Assembly: GCA_038817835.1 (NCBI GenBank)
Contig: JAWAZI010000005.1
Span: 1 to 51,807, forward strand
Reading direction: 5' to 3'
Source of the DNA: Candidatus Pacearchaeota archaeon
GTDB taxonomy: Archaea; Nanobdellota; Nanobdellia; Pacearchaeales; JAPDKA01
DNA length: 51,807 nucleotides
In this document: in pieces, positions 1-8,962 of the stretch
Position numbering within the stretch: position 1 is the stretch's first letter
Layout of the letters: each line of letters opens with the position of its first letter
Program-made: the position numbers and the translations under genes
The notes under the pieces: generated by a model
Told to the model about the DNA's origin: nothing
Databases searched by the model: none
What the model saw: the letters and a program-made list of their open reading frames with translations, nothing else

Positions 1-689
1 ATTAAAAATAAAGAAATAAAACTTCTTATATTTTCTTTACTTTGAGATATTTTATTATATATATCAATAGCATCATTAAAAGTTAATGGAATATCATAAT
101 TCAAATCTTTAAACTTTTCAAAATTTTGGAAAAAATATGTAAAAAATAAATCTTCAGGATTTACTGTAAATAGTATTGGAATATCCTCCAATAATTTTGG
201 TAAAGGAGTACCACTATATAAAGCATTATTTAAAAAATCTTTTACCCTATTTACACAATCATTAAAATTTGAATATTTCCAATTGAGTTTTGCAATTATA
301 ACTTTGATATTAAAGTGATAGTTATCTCTAATTTCTTCTTCCCATTCTTCTAAAATTTCTTTATTTTCTTTATATTTTTTATATAAATTTTGAATAATTG
401 CAGTGAATAAAGCTTCTTTTGCATTTTTTCCACTTAAACCTTTCACATAAAATTTTTTTTCTTCAGATTTAGGATGTGAAAAATAAACTTTTATTTCTTT
501 ATCATTATAAATAATTTCTTCCTCAACCCTTTCAGAAATTTTATTAATAATTTCTTCAATATTTATCTTTTTTTGTGTTTGTTGTTGTGTTGTTTTAATA
601 TTTTTTGAAGTTTGGTCAGTATTAATTTGTTGAGTATTAATAGGATTAACTAATGAAATTAACATGAACAAAGGTAATAATTTTCTCAT
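1..689 (-). CDS. Hypothetical secreted/membrane-anchored protein, runs off the left edge (partial, >229 aa); not in ORF track
   Basis: ATG at 689-687 (minus), open frame to position 1 by manual translation: MRKLLPLFMLISLVNPINTQQINTDQTSKNIKTTQQQTQKKINIEEII...; short hydrophobic N-terminus then Q/T/N-rich linker; TTTATAAA box at 720-713. Confidence 0.75.
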   Translation of the reverse strand, partial: MRKLLPLFMLISLVNPINTQQINTDQTSKNIKTTQQQTQKKINIEEIINKISERVEEEIIYNDKEIKVYFSHPKSEEKKFYVKGLSGKNAKEALFTAIIQNLYKKYKENKEILEEWEEEIRDNYHFNIKVIIAKLNWKYSNFNDCVNRVKDFLNNALYSGTPLPKLLEDIPILFTVNPEDLFFTYFFQNFEKFKDLNYDIPLTFNDAIDIYNKISQSKENIRSFISLFL

Positions 690-712
690 AATTTTTTATT
701 TTTTATTTTTTA

Positions 713-780
713 TTTATAAAATTTTTCTCAAAAAATTTTTACCAATTAATAATAAATTCCTAGTTAATAAAATTTATAAA
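713..780. promoter_or_regulatory. Divergent archaeal promoters: two palindromic TTTATAAA TATA boxes (713-720 and 773-780)
   Basis: Boxes lie 23 nt and 20 nt before the ATGs at 689 (-) and 801 (+); AT-rich background lowers specificity. Confidence 0.5.
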
Positions 781-800
781 TTTTTTTGATTTTTTAAAGG

Positions 801-1988
801 ATGAGATTATTAAAATATTTGCTACCTTTATTTTTAATTAATCAACAATTTGACTTATTTTCACAACAATTTAAAATAGGAGAATATAAAAAAACAACTG
901 TCGATACTTTATCTAAGAAAGTAGAAGTGAAGGGTGATAAATTTAAAATAAAAGAATATAAAATAAAAAAAACAACAAAAGAAGAAACAAAAGAAACAGT
1001 AAAAACAGAATCAAAATTAGAAAAACCTAAAACATTAAAATTTTCTTTTGTTTCTACATTAGGAAAAATTGATGTTGAATATAATAAAGAAAAAGATGAT
1101 TATATAATATATAACGATATTCCAGATCCTACAAAAAGAGAAGCATGTTTTATACTTTCTTTTAGAGATTTTATAAATGAGATGTACTCAGGTAATTTAG
1201 AAAGAAAAATAATGGAAATTCAAAATATCATAGATGAAAGTGTAGAAGGATTGATTATAGCAAGAAATATTGGATATGGTTTTAGAGAACTTGGTCATAT
1301 GGTAGCTGTAAATATTTTGGCAGGTGGTTTAAGTGGGAAAGAAAATAAAAAATTTTTACAACAAATAGGAAGTAATTTTGTTGCAGGAATAGTTAATGAT
1401 ATTGCCACATACTATAAAATATCATCAAATACATTAGAAGGAAAAATAATAGCAGAAATAATTAAAGTTTGTTCTTCTCTTTATTTATCAAGAGATAAAA
1501 TTTCTGATAAAAAACAAGCAATAGTTGAGGATATGAGAGCAAGCCTTTATGCAGAAGTAGCAATGGCAAAAAAAATGCTTGATAAAGCATATGAGCATTA
1601 TAAAAATGCATTAAAAACAAATGATTATAGAGAATGGAGAGAAGCATATTATAATTTTAGAGATGCAAGTGTAAGAGCAAGAAGCGTTTTAGCTGGATGG
1701 GTATATCTTGAGGAAGAAAACTTTAGTGATCAAATTGCAAATGCTTTTGGAGAGATTGTAGGATCTTTTATAAAGAAGAATTTAGGTGAAAAAGAAAAAT
1801 CATGGTTAGAATTTTTTGATGCTCTACAAAGCTTTTCTCAAGTTTTTTCTGATCCTATAGAAGAAAGAAAAAGAGATATAGAAACAATTTTCAAATCAAC
1901 ATATGTTGGAGAAGCAATTAAGCTTATACAAAGAGAAGCAAAAGATGCTGAAACAATTTTTTGGAAAGTTGATAGATATATGCAATAA
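801..1988 (+). CDS. Hypothetical secreted protein (395 aa), K/E/T-rich linker then predicted helical body
   Basis: N-terminus MRLLKYLLPLFLIN; imperfect repeat FKIGEYKKTT / FKIKEYKIKKTT; no family recognised. Confidence 0.8.
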   Translation: MRLLKYLLPLFLINQQFDLFSQQFKIGEYKKTTVDTLSKKVEVKGDKFKIKEYKIKKTTKEETKETVKTESKLEKPKTLKFSFVSTLGKIDVEYNKEKDDYIIYNDIPDPTKREACFILSFRDFINEMYSGNLERKIMEIQNIIDESVEGLIIARNIGYGFRELGHMVAVNILAGGLSGKENKKFLQQIGSNFVAGIVNDIATYYKISSNTLEGKIIAEIIKVCSSLYLSRDKISDKKQAIVEDMRASLYAEVAMAKKMLDKAYEHYKNALKTNDYREWREAYYNFRDASVRARSVLAGWVYLEEENFSDQIANAFGEIVGSFIKKNLGEKEKSWLEFFDALQSFSQVFSDPIEERKRDIETIFKSTYVGEAIKLIQREAKDAETIFWKVDRYMQ

Positions 1989-2018
1989 TTTTTTATAATC
2001 ATTAAATTTTTTATTTAA

Positions 2019-2513
2019 ATGAAAAAAGCAATAGAAATAAGCTTTGGTTTTATTTTTTCTTTAATTATTGTTGCAATTACAATTTTTGTTGCTGTTTGGG
2101 CAATAAAACAATTTATTGATATTAGAGATAGAACAGCAATTCAAGCAGGAATAAAAGATATAGAAACTACTATAAAAGATATATTTTTTGTTACAGAAGC
2201 AAGAGAAACTAAAAGTTTTTATTTTCCTTCTGCTGTTGAATATATTTGCTTTATTAATTATTCTTCTATGAATAATTTGAATCAATATATAAGATCAGAG
2301 CTAAATAAATATGGAAGTTCTTCACTAAATAAAAATAATCTTTTTATTATTCCTTATAAAACTAAATTAAAATATAAAGTTCAAGGATCTTATTTAATAA
2401 AATGTGGAGAAGTTAATTGTTTAAAGTTAATTAATAGCATATGCTTTAAAAATATAAATAATAAAGTTAAAATCACATTTAGAAAAGATGCCGAGGGAAT
2501 TTACATTGAATAA
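2019..2513 (+). CDS. Class III signal peptide (type IV pilin-like) protein
   Basis: MKKA|IEISFGFIFSLIIVAITIFVAVWAI: basic residues, small residue, then long hydrophobic helix. Confidence 0.65.
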   Translation: MKKAIEISFGFIFSLIIVAITIFVAVWAIKQFIDIRDRTAIQAGIKDIETTIKDIFFVTEARETKSFYFPSAVEYICFINYSSMNNLNQYIRSELNKYGSSSLNKNNLFIIPYKTKLKYKVQGSYLIKCGEVNCLKLINSICFKNINNKVKITFRKDAEGIYIE

Positions 2514-3354
2514 AAAATCACAAATGCAGCAATTTGCTTGGATTTTTAGTATAATTGTTGGAGCATTAATTTTATTTTTTGCATTCTTTTTTGTTTCTCA
2601 ATATTCAAAGCAAATAGCTATACCTACAAAACAAATAACATTAGAAAAAAGTTTAGACTTATTACTTGAACCTTTCTCTGCAATTGGTAGTCTAGCAGAG
2701 ATGAGAGCAGAAATAATTGAATTGCCTAAAGATATTTATGTAGAAATTAATTGTAATGAAGATTATAATGAAATAAAAGCAAGAGAAATTAGTCATAAAA
2801 ATTTTGATATAACTCAAAAAGTTTATGAGAAATATATATTTACAAAAAAAATAAATACAAAATCTAAAACAAAATTTTTTGCATTTTCTTTGCCAATAGA
2901 AATTCCTTTTTATGTAGCTACAGCAACTGTAATTGTAACTAATGATACATGTGTTAGCAGTTTGCCATATCAATACAGAGAAAATTTAAAAGAAATTTAT
3001 GATTTAGTAAAAGATAAAGTTGATACTAAGATAGAATTTGATTGTAGCACTATTAATAATCCATATATTGATTTTGATGGAATTGCTGTTGCTTATTTAT
3101 TTTCAGATTTAAATAATTTTGATTGTAATTTGGATAGAATTTTGAGAAGAGCAATAAATATTGCTGAAATATATAAAGAAAAAGCAATGTTAATGCAAGC
3201 TAAAGGTTGTAACATGAAAAATGTAATTTATGCTTTAGATAATTATATAAATGCTATAAAAAATTTTAAATTGAATAAGCAAAACTTTTTATCATCAATA
3301 AATGAACTTAACAATGCAAATTCAGAGTTAAGTCCAGAATGTAGTTTATTTTAA
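2488..3354 (+). CDS. Class III signal peptide (pilin-like) protein; start could be TTG at 2506
   Basis: NKKS|QMQQFAWIFSIIVGALILFFAFFFV; several Cys in soluble part. Confidence 0.65.
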   Translation: MPREFTLNKKSQMQQFAWIFSIIVGALILFFAFFFVSQYSKQIAIPTKQITLEKSLDLLLEPFSAIGSLAEMRAEIIELPKDIYVEINCNEDYNEIKAREISHKNFDITQKVYEKYIFTKKINTKSKTKFFAFSLPIEIPFYVATATVIVTNDTCVSSLPYQYRENLKEIYDLVKDKVDTKIEFDCSTINNPYIDFDGIAVAYLFSDLNNFDCNLDRILRRAINIAEIYKEKAMLMQAKGCNMKNVIYALDNYINAIKNFKLNKQNFLSSINELNNANSELSPECSLF

Positions 3355-3852
3355 ATGAAATCCCAAATTCATATTCAAGAAATGGCATTTGTTTTAGTAG
3401 CATTAATTTTACTTTTTGCTTTAGTTATGTTAACTTTTGCAATGTTTCAAACAGCAAAAACTAAACAATTAGCAAAATCTTTACAAAGGGAAAAAATAGT
3501 TTCTATGCTTGATAGTATTGCAAATATGCCGGAATTTTCTTGTAAAAAAGCTTATTGCTTAGATGAAGAAAAAATTATTGCTTATATAGAAAAAGCTGAT
3601 AAAAAAATATATAAAAATTTATGGGAAAAATCTAAAATTGCTTTGATAAAAGTTGAGAGAGTATATCCAAATATAGAAGGAAAATGTAATAAATCAAATT
3701 ATCCAAATTGTAAAACTTATATAATATATGATTCTGGAAAAAATTATGAAGCATACTCAACATTTATGCCTTTATGTTATTATGATTACGAATTTGGATC
3801 TACAAGATGTGATATTGCAAAATTAATTGTTGGTTTTGAAATACCAAAATGA
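3355..3852 (+). CDS. Class III signal peptide (pilin-like) protein
   Basis: MKS|QIHIQEMAFVLVALILLFALVMLTF; six Cys in likely pairs. Confidence 0.65.
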   Translation: MKSQIHIQEMAFVLVALILLFALVMLTFAMFQTAKTKQLAKSLQREKIVSMLDSIANMPEFSCKKAYCLDEEKIIAYIEKADKKIYKNLWEKSKIALIKVERVYPNIEGKCNKSNYPNCKTYIIYDSGKNYEAYSTFMPLCYYDYEFGSTRCDIAKLIVGFEIPK

Positions 3853-4340
3853 TATCAAAAAAATCACAACATGAGGTTTTTGGATTTGTTATAATTATTT
3901 TATTAATCATAATAATTGGTACTCTAATTTTTTCTTTTTCATTTCATAGAACATTATCAAAACCAAAATACTATGAAGATATAAGAATTAATGATTTAAT
4001 GAACTCTATTATGTATTTTTCAACTTCTTGTGGATATAGAGATGTTAAGGAAGTTATAGGTTTATGTTATAATGATCAAAAATGTGATAGCAAAAGTGCA
4101 TGTGAATATTTAACTCAATTATTAGGAGAAATTTTAAATTCAACATTAGGAAAAGAGAGAGATTATGGGGATGTTATAGGATATCAACTTATTTCTGAAG
4201 ATGGAAAAATTAATATTACTGCTGGTAAGCAGCAAGGCAATTTAATTGTTTCAAAATATTATGTACCAATATATCAGGAAAATAAGATAGAAAATTTAGA
4301 GATAACTCTTTATTTATATTTTGGAAAAATTAAAGATTAA
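3849..4340 (+). CDS. Class III signal peptide (pilin-like) protein
   Basis: SKKS|QHEVFGFVIIILLIIIIGTLIF; ATGA overlap with upstream gene. Confidence 0.65.
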   Translation: MISKKSQHEVFGFVIIILLIIIIGTLIFSFSFHRTLSKPKYYEDIRINDLMNSIMYFSTSCGYRDVKEVIGLCYNDQKCDSKSACEYLTQLLGEILNSTLGKERDYGDVIGYQLISEDGKINITAGKQQGNLIVSKYYVPIYQENKIENLEITLYLYFGKIKD

Positions 4341-5205
4341 AAATATCAACTAATATTTTTGGTTTATCTTTAACTAATATTGTTGTCTCAAATTGGCCAA
4401 CTTTAGCTTTAGTTTTTTCAATGAGTTGTGGATAATTATATAAAATATCTTGTGATTTAAAATAATTTAATGCAAGCAAATAATTTTGAAATTTTACCCA
4501 TCTCTCGCTAAATGGTAAACCATTAAAATTATTTTTTATAAATTCATAAACTTCTCTATATAATCTAACTTTTTTTTCTTTTTTTAGAATCCATATACTA
4601 CTTCTTTCTCCATCTATAACATAACCGCTTGCATTTTTTAAAGTTGCAAAAGGTTCTATAGCAATTACTTCATTTTCGTAAATTTTAGTTGTTTCATAAT
4701 TATTATAATTTGGTATACTTTTTCCAGTATGTAATTTATTTTTTTCAATACAATGACCCATTAAATTATATATTGGTTTTAATCCATATTCTTTTATTTT
4801 TTCTTCAATTATTTTTCCAATTTCATAAACTTGAATATTTGGTTTAATTATTTTTATTGCACTTTTTAGAGCATTTTTACATGCTTGAATTATTTTTTTA
4901 TTTTCTTCATTTTTGGCTAGGTCAATACTTATTGCTGCATCAGTAATATTTCCATTATAATTAATACCTATATCAATTTTTATTAAACCATGACATATAT
5001 TTTTATCATTTTCAAATGCACTATAATGTGCAGCTATTTCATTAATACTTAAATTTACAGGAAAAGCAAGTTTTGCATTTTGTTTTCTAACAAATTCCTC
5101 AATTTTTTCTGTTACATCAATTAATGGAATACCATTTTTTACTATATTTTTTGCATAGCTCAAAGTTTTTTCTAGAATTTTTCCAGATTTTATTAACTCT
5201 TTCAT
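4330..5205 (-). CDS. map: Methionine aminopeptidase, type II
   Basis: FPVNLSINEIAAHY, IKIDIG, DAA, GH, AIEPF metal/substrate motifs; 291 aa. Confidence 0.95.
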   Translation of the reverse strand: MKELIKSGKILEKTLSYAKNIVKNGIPLIDVTEKIEEFVRKQNAKLAFPVNLSINEIAAHYSAFENDKNICHGLIKIDIGINYNGNITDAAISIDLAKNEENKKIIQACKNALKSAIKIIKPNIQVYEIGKIIEEKIKEYGLKPIYNLMGHCIEKNKLHTGKSIPNYNNYETTKIYENEVIAIEPFATLKNASGYVIDGERSSIWILKKEKKVRLYREVYEFIKNNFNGLPFSERWVKFQNYLLALNYFKSQDILYNYPQLIEKTKAKVGQFETTILVKDKPKILVDIFNL

Positions 5206-6902
5206 TTTTTTCTTAAATTTTTATACATTTTATAAATTAAAAAACCAACAATAAATAGACAAATGAGTAATATTAAAATAATAAACCATAAACAACACAT
5301 TACTTTATATTTTATTTTTTCTATTGGTAAAATTTTGATTAGAGTAGGTAATTCCTCAACTTCTATTCCTATTTTTTTGTAAAATAATTTTGTATTATTT
5401 TGAAAATAAATACTAATATAAAAATCATATATTCCTTTCTTTGTAGATTTGTTATTTATTATTTTTATTGGTATTTTAATTTCTTTTTCTTTTTTTAAGT
5501 CTCCTAAGTAATATTCAAAATTCTCTAAATAAAAATATTGTGGCCAGTTATTTTCAATCTTTAAAAAAGAGTTATTATAATCTTCTAAAGGAAAGAAATT
5601 TATTTCTATTAAAAATTCATCACCTTGATATATTTTTTGTGGAGCTAAGATAAATAATTCATATCCCTTTACACTTACAAGTTCTTTTATTATACATTCT
5701 CTAATTCCACCAACTCCACCACCTCCTCCTCCACCAGGAGCAATATATTCACAAACACAATAGATAAATTTATCCTTAGACCACTCACTACAACTTTGGT
5801 ATTCATCACAACTTCTTACACCCCATTCGATAATTTGGGTTGTTGTGAAAGATAATGTTTTTGGGCTTGTTGCATTTTTATCTATAATTATATTATTAAT
5901 CATAAATTCATCGTGACATTTGTTCCCTTCTTCATCATATTCTTCTGATTCCCAAGAAAATGTTATAGAAGGAGCATTACAAATATTTTCTATTTTTTTA
6001 ATATTAGGCTTTGAGCATGGTTTATTTATTATGTTAAAACTATCACTACTCCAATCACTACATTCCCAAAAATCACATGCTCTAACTTTCCATTCATGAT
6101 AGCCATAACTAATTCCCTCCACAATTTGAGGACTTGTAACATTTTTTCTTATTTCACCATCTATCATAAAATCATAAAAAACAATATCCCCATCAGGATC
6201 TGTTACATTTATCCATTCAAATATTAATATATTACTATTATTATCAGGTTGATCAATTAATGTTGGTTTAGGTGGGGGACTATTTATAATTGTAAAATTA
6301 TCTAAAGAGATATCAGAACAACAAAAATTATTACATGTTCTTACACCCCAAAGATGAAATCCAAAAGGTAAATTTAATTTTATTATAGGAGGCTCTATAG
6401 GAAACTCCCAATCCCCATCCAAATAAAACATATCATATGTTGTTAGATTATTTTCATCTATTCCAGAAGTCCAATTAAATAGAATTGAATATGTTTTATT
6501 TGATGGATGGAAATTACTAATATTTTGAAGTATAGGTTGTGTAGGTGCTAAACATAATGTTACATTAACGAATGCTACCATGTAAGCATCAGCTTTCCCA
6601 TTATTTGAACCAAACCAGTTATCTTTTTTTGCATTTACATCAACATCTCCAAAAGGTTCTAGGGCTAAGTTAGTTACTACATAATAACCATTACTTTGAC
6701 TATAAGTTTGTTTTATACAATATTGTGGTGGTGCATTGCAGTTTCTTACAGCTATAGTTACTAATACATCTGAAGCATATGAACCATTTGGGTAAAATAT
6801 ATATCCTTCTACAGTTCCTAAATAAATTTGTGCATTTACTTTAGATAAAAGTAAAAAAATAAAAAATAAAAAAATAACTATCAATATATTTATTTTTTTC
6901 AT
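5202..6902 (-). CDS. Cys-rich cell-surface glycoprotein/adhesin-like: signal peptide, three Fn3/Ig-like repeats, poly-Gly linker, Ig-like domain, C-terminal TM anchor
   Basis: Repeats end WGVRTCNNFCCSD / WKVRACDFWECSDW / WGVRSCDEYQSCSEW; GGGGGGG linker; 14 N-x-S/T sequons counted; hydrophobic C-terminus with basic tail. Confidence 0.7.
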   Translation of the reverse strand: MKKINILIVIFLFFIFLLLSKVNAQIYLGTVEGYIFYPNGSYASDVLVTIAVRNCNAPPQYCIKQTYSQSNGYYVVTNLALEPFGDVDVNAKKDNWFGSNNGKADAYMVAFVNVTLCLAPTQPILQNISNFHPSNKTYSILFNWTSGIDENNLTTYDMFYLDGDWEFPIEPPIIKLNLPFGFHLWGVRTCNNFCCSDISLDNFTIINSPPPKPTLIDQPDNNSNILIFEWINVTDPDGDIVFYDFMIDGEIRKNVTSPQIVEGISYGYHEWKVRACDFWECSDWSSDSFNIINKPCSKPNIKKIENICNAPSITFSWESEEYDEEGNKCHDEFMINNIIIDKNATSPKTLSFTTTQIIEWGVRSCDEYQSCSEWSKDKFIYCVCEYIAPGGGGGGGVGGIRECIIKELVSVKGYELFILAPQKIYQGDEFLIEINFFPLEDYNNSFLKIENNWPQYFYLENFEYYLGDLKKEKEIKIPIKIINNKSTKKGIYDFYISIYFQNNTKLFYKKIGIEVEELPTLIKILPIEKIKYKVMCCLWFIILILLICLFIVGFLIYKMYKNLRKK

Positions 6903-6906
6903 TTTA

Positions 6907-7524
6907 TTATATAAGTTCTGTTCTATTATAATAAAGAGTATGATTTAAATAAGAGTAAATGAACTGACCTTCTCCACTAAAAATTTTTGTGAAAGGATTT
7001 ATATAAGCTCTTGGACTATAAATATCAAATTCTTGTTTTTGTTTATTCCATTTCATTAAAAACCTATGTTTATTTGGATTGAAATATTTTACTATATCTG
7101 TTGAAAATTCATATGGCCAAGAAGGAGAACACCATCCTTCAAACATATTTATTTCAATGTTTTCATTAATTTTTCCGTTGTATCCTATGTAAGATTCATT
7201 TTCTACTAATATGAAATAACTTTCATTTAATTGAGTATATTCAAATGGATTTGTAATTGCTCTAGGACTATAAACTTCAAACTCTGAATAACTTCCGTTC
7301 CATTTCCATCTTAATATAAATCTAAATTTTGTTTGATTAAAATTAAAAATTTCTTCAACATGACCAGTTTTATTAATACAAACAGATACAAGATTCCAAC
7401 CAGGTTTAAGATTTAAACTGCATCTTGGAAGTATATTTATGTTTATCATCCCTTCTTCTGCATAAGAATATGAAAAAAGATAAATGAAAATAATAAAAAA
7501 TATTATTATTTTTACTCCTATCAT
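6907..7524 (-). CDS. Secreted surface protein with two internal GW(N/C) repeats; start revised to 7524
   Basis: MIGVKIIIFFIIFIYLFSYSYA signal; LNLKPGWNLVS...YSPRAITNPF and INMFEGWCSPS...YSPRAYINPF; 6 sequons; ATG at 7524 gives ATGA-type overlap with upstream stop at 7521. Confidence 0.7.
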   Translation of the reverse strand: MIGVKIIIFFIIFIYLFSYSYAEEGMININILPRCSLNLKPGWNLVSVCINKTGHVEEIFNFNQTKFRFILRWKWNGSYSEFEVYSPRAITNPFEYTQLNESYFILVENESYIGYNGKINENIEINMFEGWCSPSWPYEFSTDIVKYFNPNKHRFLMKWNKQKQEFDIYSPRAYINPFTKIFSGEGQFIYSYLNHTLYYNRTELI

Positions 7525-7958
7525 TTTATCCTTCTTTCTTTTGGAACATAATTTTTCATTTTTCCATTTTTTACATAACCACATCCAATTAAATCGTTAT
7601 TAAATTTTAAAATAAAAAAACCATTTATATCTTTTTTGATTTCTATATCTTCTCCTTTAAACCATTTATTAGCTTGAATTTCATCTATTTCAATAAAATT
7701 TTTTATTTTTTCCTTAAATAATTGACAAGCATCAAAACTTAATCTAATACCATTTTTTTCTATTTTTCCTAAATAGAATCCTAAAACATTTGTTATATCT
7801 TGAAAATTTTTTATTATTTTTTCTTTATCTTTTGTGATTATGTTTATTTTATCACCATTTCTAAAAAATAGATAATTAGAAAAATCTTTTTTGTTAAATC
7901 CATATATTTTCAAAAAATTTAAAATTCTTTTCTTTTCTTTTTTAGTTATTATTTTCAT
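7521..7958 (-). CDS. NIP7/PUA-like RNA-binding partner of the m5C methyltransferase
   Basis: GFYLGKIEKNGIRLSFD and DLIGCG...NYVPKER pattern; coupled to upstream RsmB/NOP2 gene. Confidence 0.7.
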   Translation of the reverse strand: MKIITKKEKKRILNFLKIYGFNKKDFSNYLFFRNGDKINIITKDKEKIIKNFQDITNVLGFYLGKIEKNGIRLSFDACQLFKEKIKNFIEIDEIQANKWFKGEDIEIKKDINGFFILKFNNDLIGCGYVKNGKMKNYVPKERRIK

Positions 7959-8962
7959 TTTTCCATTTTTATTTTAGCTATAAAAAATCCTTCACTATCA
8001 AAATCTATTGGTAATATTCTTATTGCTTTTTTTAATTCTTTATTATATATGTTGCTATTCCATCTAGTTAATCCATTTCTTGTTTTTATTTTTAATTTTA
8101 TTTTTTCCAATTTTATTGGAAATCTTTTTAATGCATAGTCGATAACTTCTTCATTTTCTTCAGGAGAAATAGTACAAGTACTATAAACTAAAATACCATT
8201 ATTATCTAAAATTTCTAGAGCATTTCTTATTATAGATTTTTGTATCTTACTAAGCCTTAAACTCAATTTTTTGTTCCATGTTTTAAATATTGATAAGTTT
8301 TTTCTTATAGTTCCTTCATTACTACATGGAGCATCAACAAGAATATATTCAAATTTTATTTTTTTATTTTTACATATCTTACTCAATTTTTGAATTGGCA
8401 TTGATGTTACTAGACAATTTGTTACTCCACACCTTTGCAAATTACTAATTAATGCTATATTCCTCTCCCAAGAAATGTCATTAGCTAATATCAAGCCTTT
8501 ATTATTCATTAATGCTGCAATATGTGTCGTTTTACTTCCAGGAGCAGCACAACAATCTAGCACTGTAGAATTTTTTTCTGGCATTAAAATTTTTCCTGGT
8601 AACATTGAACTTAAAGATTGTACATAATAATAGCCCAATCTATGCTCTAATGCGTTTCCAAGTTTTCCAGCATCAAGTTTAGTTTTTATAACAAAAGCTT
8701 CTTCTAAATTATTTTTTTTTAAATTTTCTATTTCCCATTTCTCACTTAATCTTTTTTCTAATTCATCTATAGAAATTTTTAATGTATTAGCTCTTATGCT
8801 AAATAACATTGGCTCATAACATTTATCAAAAAATTTTTCTATTTCTTTTTTATTTTTTAATAGCTTATATATTTTCAAAAAAAATTCATATTTTGGTTTA
8901 TATTTTTGTTGTTTATATTTTTCTAATATTTTTTCATATAACTCATACATTCTAAAATTCAA
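7955..8962 (-). CDS. RsmB/NOL1/NOP2/Sun family RNA m5C methyltransferase
   Basis: YYVQSLSS, LDCCAAPGSKT, ILVDAPCS, VYSTCT with both catalytic Cys; GFFIA. Confidence 0.93.
   Translation of the reverse strand: MNFRMYELYEKILEKYKQQKYKPKYEFFLKIYKLLKNKKEIEKFFDKCYEPMLFSIRANTLKISIDELEKRLSEKWEIENLKKNNLEEAFVIKTKLDAGKLGNALEHRLGYYYVQSLSSMLPGKILMPEKNSTVLDCCAAPGSKTTHIAALMNNKGLILANDISWERNIALISNLQRCGVTNCLVTSMPIQKLSKICKNKKIKFEYILVDAPCSNEGTIRKNLSIFKTWNKKLSLRLSKIQKSIIRNALEILDNNGILVYSTCTISPEENEEVIDYALKRFPIKLEKIKLKIKTRNGLTRWNSNIYNKELKKAIRILPIDFDSEGFFIAKIKMEK

Noticed and set aside
7525-7584. Track's longer start (MWLCKKW...) for the 6907 gene
   Set aside because: Overlaps the NIP7-like gene by 64 nt; Met 7524 gives a clean signal peptide and a 4-nt overlap
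8711-8720. A/T homopolymer runs of 8-9 nt as phase-variation switches
   Set aside because: Such runs are frequent at this composition and the frames are intact
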